Source of the DNA: Nemertoderma westbladi
Taxonomy: Eukaryota > Animalia > Xenacoelomorpha
NCBI GenBank assembly: GCA_032718475.1
Contig: JAUCBJ010006803.1
Span: forward strand, 1-64,000
Direction: 5' to 3'
DNA length: 64,000 nt
A model generated the notes under the pieces. The model saw nothing but the letters and a program-made list of their open reading frames with translations, did no database searches and was not told the origin of the DNA. Shown here piece by piece: positions 12,420-23,947 of the stretch. The translations under genes and the position numbers were made by a program. The stretch's first letter is position 1, and each line of letters starts with the position of its first letter.

Positions 12420-12735
12420 CAGAAGTGCAAAACCTTCTGCAATGGCTGCTGCCAGAGTGAGAAATGCAAAACCTTCTGCAATGGCTGCTGCCAGGGTGAG
12501 AAATGCAAAACTTTCAGCAAAGGCTGCTGCTAGAGAGAGGAATGCAGAACCTTCAGCAAAGGCTGCTGCTAGAGAGAGGAATGCAGAACCTTCAGCAAAG
12601 GCTGCTGCTAGAGAGAGGAATGCAGAACCTTCAGCAAAGGCTGCTGCTAGAGAGAGGAATGCAGAACCTTCAGCAAAGGCTGCTGCTAGAGAGAGGAATG
12701 CAGAACCTTCTGCAATGGCTGCTTCTAGAGCGAGG
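12420..12735 (+). repeat. 39-bp coding repeat (ARERNAEPSAKAA, ~8 copies) in RepHel N-terminus
   Basis: Tandem GCTGCTAGAGAGAGGAATGCAGAACCTTCAGCAAAGGCT units in the 12232 ORF. Confidence 0.9.
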
Positions 12736-13011
12736 AATCAGCAACCAGCTGCATTGGTTGCTGCTAAGAAGAGGAAAGCGGATCCTGTTGTTCAATCTGA
12801 AGCGAGGAAACGAGCGAAAACTGCCCCATCACTCACAAAGGCAAGCAAGCGGGCACATGATGCTAGAGAAAATAGTAAAAAATCAAAATATAAGTTAGCA
12901 TGGTATCATCATGGGGAAGTTAACTCCCTTATAAAATCCCTTCCAAAGATTAATGAAACGTGCAACTCCTGTGGGGCGATAATGTTCCCTTGGGAACTTT
13001 CAAAGACACCT

Positions 13012-13637
13012 ACTACTACTACTAGGATCGGCATGCTGCATTGCAGCTGCATTTTTAAGAATGCTGTGCCGGCTTGTCAACAAAATTGCACCGCCACAAC
13101 TCCCTATCACCCATGACATTTGCTAGATCATCCGCATCTTTAAGGCCAGTGTCCTTTAAGATGCGTCTCAAGAAAGTCATGGGCTGTCCACCATGCTTAT
13201 TCACTCCATGAGGCTGCCAAAGTACAAGATTATGCACTGGCTGGTCCTCACGGCGAAAGCAATGTCCTGCAAAGCGGAGGCGATTTTGTTCTAGTGTCAA
13301 GCTTGGGGGAACCAATGAGACACCTCCAATGTTATATAGTGTCTGGTTGGAGATGTGTGCATTGTACTTGAAACAATGTACCCGGCGTAGCATTCTTGTG
13401 AATGTGCCATCCAGAGATTTGGTGTCCTCAGCAGTTAGAGCCCAGCATGGACTCCCGTAGAGGAGTACTGGAACTACTGCTGCTTTAAATAATCGGACCT
13501 TAAGTTTCCGATTAATTCTAGGTGACTTCCAAATCCTGGAAAGCCTATTCAAGGCTGCCCATGCCTTTCCCTTACGTATTCGAAGGTCCTCACCTGACTT
13601 CCGGATCCATGATCCCAGGTAACAGAAGTCGTAACAG
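13012..13637 (-). mobile_element. 5'-truncated RTE-clade LINE fragment inserted in RepHel
   Basis: FCYLGSWI...RKGKAWAALNRL..IWKS, LLYGS..W, RLRFAGHC..R and DRELWR motifs. (TAG)n tail and 9-bp TSD AAGACACCT (13003-13011, 13638-13646). Removal restores WELSKTP-AGGSKVFSACC. Confidence 0.9.
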
Positions 13638-16600
13638 AAGACACCTGCAGGTGGTTCGAAGGTATTCAGTGCATGCTGTAACTATGGAACAATCCAGTTA
13701 GTACCCTTCAAGGATCCATCGCATAACCTCCAAAAACTCTATTCCAGGGACAATACCAAATCGCGGAATTACCTTGATAATATTAGGGCTTATAATGGAT
13801 TAGTGGCAATGGCATCCAAGTGTATTACTGGAAAGGAAATTCAGTTCAATAAGGGTAGAGGTCCCAAACCCTACAAGATGAGTGGGCAGATGTATCATCT
13901 AACCCCATCACATTTACAGTACTTCCTAACAGAGACACGGCTCCAAAGTTTTCGCAGATCTTTATATTCGACAAGCAATATGAAACAGATAATAGGTTAA
14001 AGCACAGCCATAATGCGAACAACAACATCGACAGAGATACTCTCGAAATCCTTCAATATGAACTGGATAAGATCAATCCATATGTTAGAGAGTTTAAAAA
14101 TGGTTCCAATGTATTTGAAGAAAACCCAGGCAAACAATTAAAGATGGTGTTCAAAGCCAAGGGATCCTGGGCAGCCAAGAAGATGACTAAGAATACGGAT
14201 GTTCCTGAAGTTGTGGTAGTTGCCCCAGGAGATCAGACAGAGCCTAGGGATGTAATACTTTACAGAACTCAGTCCGATCATCCAAATAACCACAGTACAG
14301 TCAGAATTGACGAGAACCACCTGATGTATGACCCCGTAGCTTATCCTTTGATTACACCTCATGGTGATTGCGGTTACAGCATTGACTGTGACATCCGGAA
14401 GTCCAACGGAAGGAAGATAAGTGCCATGGAGTTTTTTCGATTCCAGTTGCAGGTGCGAGACAATTTCAACACGCTCCACAAGTCTTGCAGGCTAGTGTGC
14501 GATGTGCAATGCTACATGTGCGATCAATGGAGCAAAATAGAGGGGAGTCGACTTAAGTTTCTTCGATACAATCAAGATAAGCTTAGGGTGGAACAGTACA
14601 GCGGTTTACAGGATGCTCTAACTCAAACGACAACAGACAATGTGAATCAGAGTGAGGTTGATAAAATTGGGCAACAGATCATTCTCCCTGCCAGCTTTAC
14701 TGGGTCTCCTAGATACATGTACAAGCACTATCTAGACGCCCTGGCCATTGCGACAAAGTACAGAAAGTTCGATCTATTCATCACGATTACTGGAAACCCC
14801 AGGTGGGATGCGGTTAGAGACAACCTGTTTAGCAGTCAGCAGCCCTCAGATAGACCTGACATAATGAACAGGATATTCAAAAAGGTGTTGGACGAACTGC
14901 TTGACGATTATTAGCTCTGGAGTATTTGGTGCCATGAAAGCGAAGCTGTACACTATTGAAGGGATGATGCGAGGTCTGAAGCACCAAGCACGCTCACATC
15001 CTTCTGCTGCTACATGAGATCTTGACAGTAGAAGATATAGACGAGATCATTAGTGCATAAATTCCGAACCCAGAAGATAATGCTGAGCTGTATCAGATTG
15101 TCTCTAAATGCATGCTCCATGGTCCATGTGGTTCAGTTTTTCCTACTTCCCCTTGCATGGTTGATGGAGTTTGCAGTAAAGGATTTCCCAAGGACTACCA
15201 CGAGGAGACTGTGCTGCCTAATGATGGTCATGGTTATCCACTCTATCACCGGAGAAAAGAGGGCCATACAGTAGAGTAAAATGGATTCAAGTATGACAAC
15301 AGGTGAACAACTTTATTAAATTCACACCACTTAAGTTTGATATATTTTTGCTTGAATTTATATATACGTAAGAAAATCCATTTGTAAATTTAACATGAAT
15401 CCTATTAGCATTGATTTTAATTAATTAATTAAACAACCACCATTAGTGGCATCGTTAATACAACGGCAAAGTTGTTATCGCTGTTAATTTGTACCGGTAT
15501 ATTAAATGAAATAGAACACATATTACACATTTTTACACATTAATAACACAATCATTGTGTACATATTAATTACACAATATTGCAATATTACAATGTAAAT
15601 ATCTGTTTTCAATATTTCAGGTGGGTTGTTCCTTACAACCGTTATCTTCTTCAGAAGTTCAGCTGTCACATTAATGTTGAGTATGTTGGGTCCTTCCATA
15701 CTATTAAGTACATTTATAAGTACGTTCATAAAGGAGTCGATGTCTCTACCATAGGGATTGATTCAAAAGAGCAGAAACAAAATAAGGATGAAATATCTCT
15801 CTTCGTCAATGCCAGGACCATTGATGCCCACGATGCTCACTGGCGAGTAATGGAATATGGAGTTCAGGGAAGGTTAGTTGAAAATTAATGATTCCCTCTC
15901 AATGGTTCTTTTAAAATAAATTCAAATTTTTTGATCAAGGAACTTTCGACCAATTATATATGTGCATTTAATTGTAACATTAAGCAACTACTGCAATATC
16001 AAACTATACTAACCAGGACGTTACAGTACAATATAATTAATTTACTTTTTAAGATTTCCCGCTGTTATTTCCTTGGCGATCCATACAGACGGGCAGCAGA
16101 ATATTGTGTTTCACGATGGTCAGGCAGAAAAGGCATTGAATGATGCTAGGGATACTACCCTCTTAGCATTTTTCAAGCTAAACCAGATAGATCCTTCTGC
16201 TAGACTGTATCTATACCAGGAAATTCCAGAGCACTATGTGTGGTCTAATAACTCATGGATGTTGCGCAAGAAGCAACCAGATGAGAATGCTGTACCAAGG
16301 ATGATTGGTCGAATCAACAATGTCAGCCCTACACAGGGTGAACGATTTTACCTGAAGATGGTACTCAGTCACATTCGGGGTCCGCAATCATACAAGGACT
16401 TGATGTTCTATGAACATAAACAGTATATTACATTCAAGGCGACGGCAATGGCAATGGGGTTGCTAGAGGATGACTTTGAATGGAAGCAGGCTCTCACTGA
16501 TATAACTGAATATGGGTCCAGCAGGCAGATTAGGGCCTGCTTCGCTGTCATACTACAGTATTGTCTCCCAACCGAGCCAAATAAATTGTTTCAGCAATTT

Positions 16601-18984
16601 CTCCACTCCATGAGCGATGACATCATATATGATGAGATGAAGAAAGCTCACTGTTCTAGGGAGACTGTGGACATGGGGACAGTTGAAGACAAAGTTCTGT
16701 CTTTGATTAATGATGAACTGAGTCAGATGGGATCAAGCCTAGATAGTTTCCCTGACATGCCACAGCCGAGGGCCATCACTGACGAGGAGAGGTTGACAAG
16801 AGTATTTAGTGAGGAGCGGTACGATGCAGTTAAACAGGTAAAAATCGTCAGCATGTTGGAGCCTAAGTTAAACGAGGCACAGTCAGCACTATGTGGGGAG
16901 ATTTTCCAAGCAGTAAATGCAGAGACTTCAGGTCATGGACGCACAAAACAATTCATTCTCAATTCTCCTGGTGGATATGGAAAAACGTTCACATTCACCG
17001 TTATTGGTGCCAAGATCAGGGCTGAGGGAGGAATTGTACTCATGGTGGCCAGCACAGGTTTGGCTGCTCAAAATCTGGAAGGGGGAAGGACGGCACATAG
17101 CCGTTTCAAAATTCCAAGTAACATAATGGAAGACTCCACATGCAACATCAAGGCCCAGAGCGATCTAGCAAAGCTGATCAGGGCATGTTCACTCATCATC
17201 TGGGACGGGATTTTCAGTGTGCATCGGTTTATTATTGAGTGTGTGGAAAGGAGTCTGCGGGACATTATGGATTGTGATGAACCGTGGGGTGGAAAATTGG
17301 TTTGTCTTGGCGGCGACCCCAGGCAGACTCCGCCGGTGGTTAAGAGGGGTGGTCGACCACAGATAGTTCGAGCATGTGTACAAATGTCTCATCTCTACCC
17401 TTGCATGAAGGAGCACAGGCTAACACAAAATATGCGAACTGATCCTGGTGAGTTGGAATTCTCCAGTTACCTTCTCAAGTTGGGGGAAGGGCATGAAAAG
17501 ACATATGAAGAGGAGGGCGAGAACAAGATCAAAATACCATTAAATCACCTTACTACATCAGTGAAGGATTTGATCAACCTTACATTCCCAGACTTGGAGT
17601 ATGGCTGTCACGGATCAGACAATATAATCAATGGCGCTATATATACTCCATTAAACCAGAATGTCAAGGAAATAAACGATCAATGCATCAGCAAATTTCC
17701 TGGTGAATCAAAGCAATATCTGTCTGCCGATTCTATTCTTGAAGACAACCATAAAGATACTCTTCCTTCAGAATTCATCAATTCGCTCACTCCCTCTGGC
17801 CTTCCTGATCATCGTTTAATCCTGAAGACTGACTGTCCTGTGATGTTGCTACGAAACCTTCAGGCTGGATCCAACAGTTGCTTGAGGAATGGGACAAGGA
17901 TGATAGTGATTCAGATGATGGGTAGAGCTATCGAGTGTGAGGTTGCCGTTGGGACGAACAAGGGTCTACGAGTATTCCTGCCCAGGATTCCGCACCATGA
18001 CAGAAGCGATGAGCTTCCCTTCACTATTGTCAGGAGGCAATTTCCTATCAGGTAAATATTAAAATCACGTACGAAGATAGACATGCAGCTTTAAAACATT
18101 TTTATCGTATTATTGTTGTGAGTTCTGAAATTTTCGATGTGATTTCAGTTCAGTTGTGAATTCAGCCGGGAATTTGAAATTTGGACATTACGTCGAAGCA
18201 TATGGTTCCAAAATAATACTTTTTGCTAAAAATGCGCCATTCCTTTTGACAAACCTTTCAAAATTTACATTGCGGCAAGATATGGTTATAAAATATTTCG
18301 CATATAGTCTCCAAAACATTACAATATTCTAATTTAGATTTAATTATTTAGTTAATTAATTCCATTTAATTATTCTAAATTAAATTTAATTAAATACTAC
18401 AGGTTGGCTTTTGGAGTTACGATAAATAAAGGTCAGGGCCAGGAGAATGAGAGAGTTGGAATCTACCTACCCAAGCCGGTATTCGCTCATGGTCAACTTT
18501 ACACCACCTTCTCTAGAGGAAAGAGGAAGGAGAACGTTAAAGTAACAATTATAGACAATGATGAGGGTTATACAGACAATATTGTTTACAAAGAATTAAT
18601 CTAAATCTATCTCCCGTTATATTACTTATTATCAATTTAATTATACTCAGTACCACCGTTATTTCAAAGTTGTCTGTTACTTACACTACTCTATTATGGT
18701 CACTATAATTTTGCACTATCGTATTATTTTGTATGTAATAATTAATTTACGATAATGAGCTGCCAGTATATTAATCTTTTTTATATTCGAATATAAAGTG
18801 TCTAGATCGATATACTACTTTATATATTTTTTAAATTTACTTTGCTTCTGCTTTTTGTAAAGAAGTTCCATATACTAATAAAAAGTGGGTGGCTGTTCAA
18901 ACTCGGAGGACACACGCAGTAGGCATACCAAAATTTCTGTCGATTCAAATTACGAACTCTGCTTATCGCTTGTATAAAATTGTA

Positions 18985-19020
18985 ACTAGCAATTGCGCGC
19001 CGAAGGCGCGCATTGCTAGT
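18985..19020 (+). other. Helitron 3' terminal hairpin and CTAG
   Basis: ACTAGCAA T TGCGCGCC GAA GGCGCGCA TTGCTAGT. Confidence 0.9.
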
Positions 19021-21159
19021 ATCAGTAATCTGTTGATTATTGTATAAAATTATTGATGGAATATCGTCTTTAATATGAATAACACTTTGAACATACTCGT
19101 TAGATTGAACCAATGTTGTAATATGTTGAATCTGATCAGCAAAATTTCCTTTGCATCACAAATCTGAATCGTTGTCCAATGCGCATGTTTTCTGTAATCT
19201 TCTATTCTTCAATTGCTTTATGTTTCGTGGAAGATGTCCAAGTTCATTATCAAGCATGGCTTTGTATGCTTTTTGGGGAGAATTCATTTCAACCATTTCG
19301 TCAATTTTATCAAGAGTTTCTTCTGGGGATCGAATATACTGAGTTGATGGAATAGCATGAGCACACACTTCCTCCATATCGGCTACCTTAGTGCAGGACT
19401 GGCAATGGCATAGAATCTAGCAAATTTCAATGAGCCGAATTTGAATTGAAACTTATACAAATTATAAAGGGGAATTAGTTTATTCAAATTAAATTTAATT
19501 TAAATTTAATTTGTAGGTAGAGAAGAATGCATAAAATGTATAACGTTTTTCATCGGGTGAGTTTTTATTATTATCGTCGAGTAAAAACACTTTACATGAA
19601 GATGCTTCTAATCAAAAATATTGGAAATTGCTTTTGATTCAATACCAGTCTCCCTCCTACCCCTCCTACCTATATTGCAATTTAAAGTTTCCAGAATTTC
19701 AGGTGATATTGATGTTTTAGTTATGTATGTCACACGCTTTTTGAAAGAAGAGTTTGCCTTTAAAGTTGTGAAATGCTTTTCAATGTCTATAATATTTTTG
19801 GGTTGTGGATCCAATGGAATATAACGCCGCTTACGATTTCTTATTTTTTCGAGGCAATATTGACCGCTTGAAGTAAATAATCTGTTATTAATTTGCCCAT
19901 TTTCGTTCAAACTATAAGACACTTCGATAGAAGTTCCGCTATGTGCATCCCATACACCACAATCATCCTCATACCGTGCTTTCTCATTTGATTTTGCTTG
20001 TATATTTGACATATTATCTACAATGAAAAAACTGTTAGATTTGTTTCCATTTGGGACCTTAGATAGGCATCAACTGTGCAGTACTCAAAAAGTTATCATC
20101 AAGACGTCCTCCAATATTCTCAGCTTCGCATAACATGATAAAATCTTTTGAAGATTGATTTGATGATTTATGAAAATATTGCGGCTCGGGGATATGCTTA
20201 AGAACATGTATGGAACATATTGAATTGGAGTTAGGATCACTTTCACTTGCACAACTATCACCAGAATTATAACTGAATGATGAACTAGTTTTACGGAAAT
20301 GTTGTTGTTGGGAACATATCGACTCGGAGCTATGATTATCAGCATTATTATCAACAGAATCGTCACTGGAACCAGTGTCATTATCGCTTGAACGCGAATC
20401 GCACGTGTGTGATATTTTAACGTAATTAGTTTCAGGGTTATTAGTAAATCGTTTACTAAAAAGAACCACAAAATGGTTCAGTGTTGTAGATTTTAGCAAT
20501 TTCAAGGAACCCATAAAGCTCCACATAATGGTCGGACAAGCTGAATCTTTTTGAACACCATCTGAAACACCACGACCTATAACCCTTCGAGAATAAACGT
20601 CACTTAACCGAATAAGTGATGTAGAATCTAATGGAGGCATATATGAATTTATGGGACTTCCAATAGCTGCAGAGATCGCATATATAGTTGCAGTTGGCAA
20701 CCCACCCCAAGAACCTAGTTTACTACAATCTGTCAACATTTTCATAAAAGGTGGTACCACTACATATGCAGACTCAATTAAGTCGACAAAATCATTTTCA
20801 TCATAATATCGCCTATGTTTTATTAATTCAAGTGTAGTAAATAATCTAATCATTATGTGGTTAGAATCTGAACCATATGCTGCCAGTGATACAGCACGAT
20901 ACAGGCAATTACCATCTCCAGTGACATATAACGGATAATAGTCTTTTAAAATCCCTGAATCGAATTCCTTCAGTAACTTTTCAGCAGACTGATCTATCGG
21001 ACTGATCTTGGTCGGAATCTTAACAGGGGGACATTTTATGTCGTAAGTGTGCAACAGTAAATCTTCATTATTAACTGCTGTGAATAATTTATCTTCCTTT
21101 GTTACATTGTTTAAGAGACCTTCGCGCAGCACGTAGCGTACTCCAACATTGTTTAACAA
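19020..21159 (-). pseudogene. N-terminal part of MULE transposase gene with OTU/vertnin-like protease domain
   Basis: GDGNCLYRAVS and NHFVVL motifs (20059-21159). A frameshifted continuation KVPNGNKSNSFFIVDN leads to DDCGVW, PRNIKQLKN and IILYNNQQITD, which abuts the Helitron. Confidence 0.75.
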
Positions 21160-21445
21160 GCTGTTGAAACGTTTAAGAGACCTTCGCGCAGCACGTGGTG
21201 TACTGTAACATTGTTAACAAGCTGTTGAAACGTTTAATAGACCTTCATGCAGCACGTGGGGTACTGAAACAATCTGTTGAAACGATTAAGATACCTTCCT
21301 GCCTTCACGCAATATGTGAGATACTGAAACAATCTGTTGAAACGTTTGAGATCTTCGCGCAGCATGTGACGTACTGTAACATTGTGTAACAAGTTGTTGA
21401 AAAGCTTAAGAGACTTTCGCGCAGCACGTGGCGTACTCCAAACAG
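21105..21445. repeat. Degenerate ~55-65 bp tandem repeats upstream of the OTU-MULE ORF
   Basis: Repeated TGTTGAAACGTTTAAGAGACCTTCGCGCAGCACGT. Confidence 0.8.
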
Positions 21446-21482
21446 TGCTGCCCCCGTGCACCATGTCGTGCCCAGGCTGGCG

Positions 21483-21556
21483 TGCCCCATCTAGGGATCG
21501 AACCAGGGCTTCCTAATCGGAAGCCCAGGAATGTTACCAATAGACCAAGCTACTGC
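21483..21556 (-). pseudogene. tRNA-derived sequence (Glu/Gly-like pseudo-tRNA or SINE head)
   Basis: Minus strand reads TGGTCTATTGGTAA (A-box like), ATTCCTGG and GGTTCGATCCC (B-box). The acceptor stem does not pair well. Confidence 0.6.
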
Positions 21557-21684
21557 TTGATCTAGGGTCTCGCTGCAGCTGTGCTTCTAGCGTACAACTG
21601 TGCTGTTTGCTGTACAGGGTACAGCTCTAGTCATGCCCATATAGCCGTATGAACAGACCCATGTACCTTGTTAGTGTTACAGCA

Positions 21685-22405
21685 TGTAAAAGCTTTTGCG
21701 TAATTAACCGGTTATTTTCCCGTAAAGTACTCTGTACTTAACTTTACTGCTTTTGCTGTCGGTTGTTCATTATATTTGTTGATGAAATATTATATCGGAA
21801 TACTGATCAATAGTCAGACACCCCAATCTTCTTGATATACTAAAGGTTAGAGAGACCGGTTACATATAAACGATTGCGTCCTATGTTAAGTGGTTTGAAG
21901 TGAATCTAATGCTATTTCATAGGCCCGACATAAATTGTATGTTGCTCTCTTTATACGTGACTAAATTTAGTGAAGGTCGGCAGATTAGTGTGCAGTATTG
22001 TGCAGCATTGTGTATGATTGTAACTGATAACAAAGCATCTCCTAAAGAATGCGCCATATACGTGAATCTATAGCCTTTTCGTTGTGTCTAGTTTAAGTCA
22101 TAACTCTGTTTACATATTTAGAGCGCCACGTCCTAAAGGAACTGTTAATATTTCCCGAAAGTGAATAATATTTGTCAGAGATTATATATTACGATCAGTC
22201 GAATAATACAGTAGGCTTACACCATCAATCATTAAGCTTCCAAATTCAGTCTCCCGGGTATATCCAGCGGGTGAATGATTGCGCATAGACTGGCTTCGGC
22301 TAATGTAGTGTATCAAATACTCGTCATAGGCTAAAGACTATATATCATCTAAAAGACATCCTAATTTGGCAGGTTAAACTGTCAAAGGTCTTAAAAGCGC
22401 AAACA
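21685..22405 (+). repeat. Outer element 5' LTR (internally deleted, 721 bp)
   Basis: TGTAAAAGC...GCGCAAACA. Near-identical to 45750-46946 except for a ~476-bp deletion and a few substitutions. Confidence 0.92.
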
Positions 22406-22416
22406 ATAACAGATAT
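22406..22416 (+). promoter_or_regulatory. Non-tRNA primer-binding site candidate, outer element (ATAACAGATAT)
   Basis: Immediately follows the LTR end, does not start with TGG, and is the exact complement of ATATCTGTTAT at 46184-46194 in the intact LTR. Confidence 0.7.
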
Positions 22417-22754
22417 TTGGTTCTGATTGCGGTGTAGGCAATAAATACAGTTTAATATTGTTTTGGTAAAAACAATAACAGATAGTGCTTCTAGATTGCG
22501 GTGTAAGCAATCTAGTCGAAAGTACCGGTCGACCGGTAACCAGTAGGCCTGACTGCCTGATCATCCGGACCGGTACCTACAGCAGTACAGGTACAACAGT
22601 ATTATTCGATTGTGGTATTGTATACCGGTAGGCTGTTTAAGAGATTAGGGACTGTACACCCCTTGTTTCTTTTGGAGCTTACTTATTTCTGTCAGTTTTA
22701 TTTATTTGTAGGCCAGTATTGAGCAGAAGGCATGTAAGCCTGCTCAGATTGTAC

Positions 22755-23330
22755 AGATAATTTGTAGGCTTGACTGTTGTCTAACTGTTGTTAAGTCTGA
22801 ACGGATTGCAGTGTGTGTAGAGCATCTGTCCGATAAAGTGCTAGTTAGGAAAGTAGGGGCTTCAAGTGCTGTGAGGTAAACCCCCTGTGAAAGAATAAGT
22901 CGTACTACTGGGTTAGAACGCATACTAACTAATCATTTCGGAGTCTGCATATACTGTAGTGTATTTAGGCTTGATAGTAGTCTGCCATCGTTTGGTCTGT
23001 ACTTTGTTTGTGTAGTCTGTACGGGTAGCGTATAATTTTATTTAGATAATTTGTAGGCTGGATAGTTGTCTGGCTGTTGTTGGGTTTGAGGAAATTTCGG
23101 TGTGTGTAGAGCATCTGTCCGATAAAGTGCTAGTTGGGAACGTAGGGGCTTCAAGTGCTGTGAGGTAAACCCCCTGTGAAAGAATAAGTCGTACTACTAG
23201 GTTAGAACGCATACTAACTAATCATTTCGGAGTCTGCATATACCGTAGTTTGTTTAGGCTTGATAGTAGTCTGTCAGTATTTGGTCTGCATTTTGTTTGA
23301 ATAGTCTGTACGCGTAGCGTAATATTTATT
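22755..23330 (+). repeat. Two ~289-bp direct repeats in the outer element leader
   Basis: AGATAATTTGTAGGCT at 22755 and 23044. A homologous pair lies at ~34770-35345 in the inner element. Confidence 0.85.
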
Positions 23331-23947
23331 ATTCAGAGTTTATGCGATTATTCGCAACATTCATATCCCCAAGTTTATTCCTACAGTAATTGTGTTTGTT
23401 ATACATACCGTTATAGTTAAACTAACCCCGGTACTACATCAGGGCTGCTCGGCGTAGGTAAAGACTGGAGATTTTGTGCTTTGGTCACTCCGGCAGATAC
23501 CGTGGTTCTTTTAACTGTTCAAGTATTTTTAACTACTAATTATTTGTTGTACAAGTACTTGTACCTAATTTAGGGTTTAGTGTACTGTACTTTCCGAAGG
23601 TGATTAGTGTGTAGGCAGTATATTTGTGTTGTAAAGTGGTTAATAGGCACGTTGGTTCTGGTAGACCGCGGTAATTAATCTCTAGGTAGGAACACTCCGT
23701 GATACATAACGTAGTACCTATAGCGATACGGTTATAGGTCGTCAGACGGTGGTATTTTCCTATCTGGACAACGCAGTATATTTACTACTACTTATTATTT
23801 TCAAATACCGTAGTAACCTGTCCGTTGTAATAACCAGATATTCTAACCCTTTGTTAGGCTGGTTAGTAGACTTCTTGTAAAATTACCCTAAAAATTCGCA
23901 TTTGTGTATTTGTAATTAAATTTTTGTGTTTATTTAGAGATTGTAAT

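Larger units (their letters stand above)
11978..18604 (+). pseudogene. Helitron RepHel (HUH Rep + PIF1 helicase), spliced, disrupted
   Basis: Motifs ILPASFTGSPRYM, DLFITITGNPRW, KHAHILL (broken by a 7-bp duplication), CMLHGPCG, DNR/WVVPYN, KYIYKY, SPGGYGKT, GDPRQ, TINKGQGQ and HGQLY. Inferred introns 11994-12226, 15303-15620, 15873-16053, 18052-18402. Contains frameshifts, stops and a LINE insertion. Confidence 0.9.
10632..19019 (+). mobile_element. Helitron, 8388 bp, autonomous-type but degenerate
   Basis: Starts TCCTACTAATATAATA, ends with a GC hairpin plus CTAG, inserted between A10631 and T19020 with no TSD. Encodes RepHel. Confidence 0.93.

Noticed and set aside
12503-12898. MQNLQQRLLLERG repeat ORF
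   Set aside because: Alternate frame of the 39-bp RepHel repeat.
21483-21556. Functional tRNA gene
   Set aside because: Acceptor and anticodon stems pair poorly, so it is treated as tRNA-derived only.
22418-22432. Canonical tRNA PBS (TGGTTCTGATTGCGG)
   Set aside because: It lies 12 nt from the LTR end and the inner element has TAG at the same position, so TGG is not conserved.
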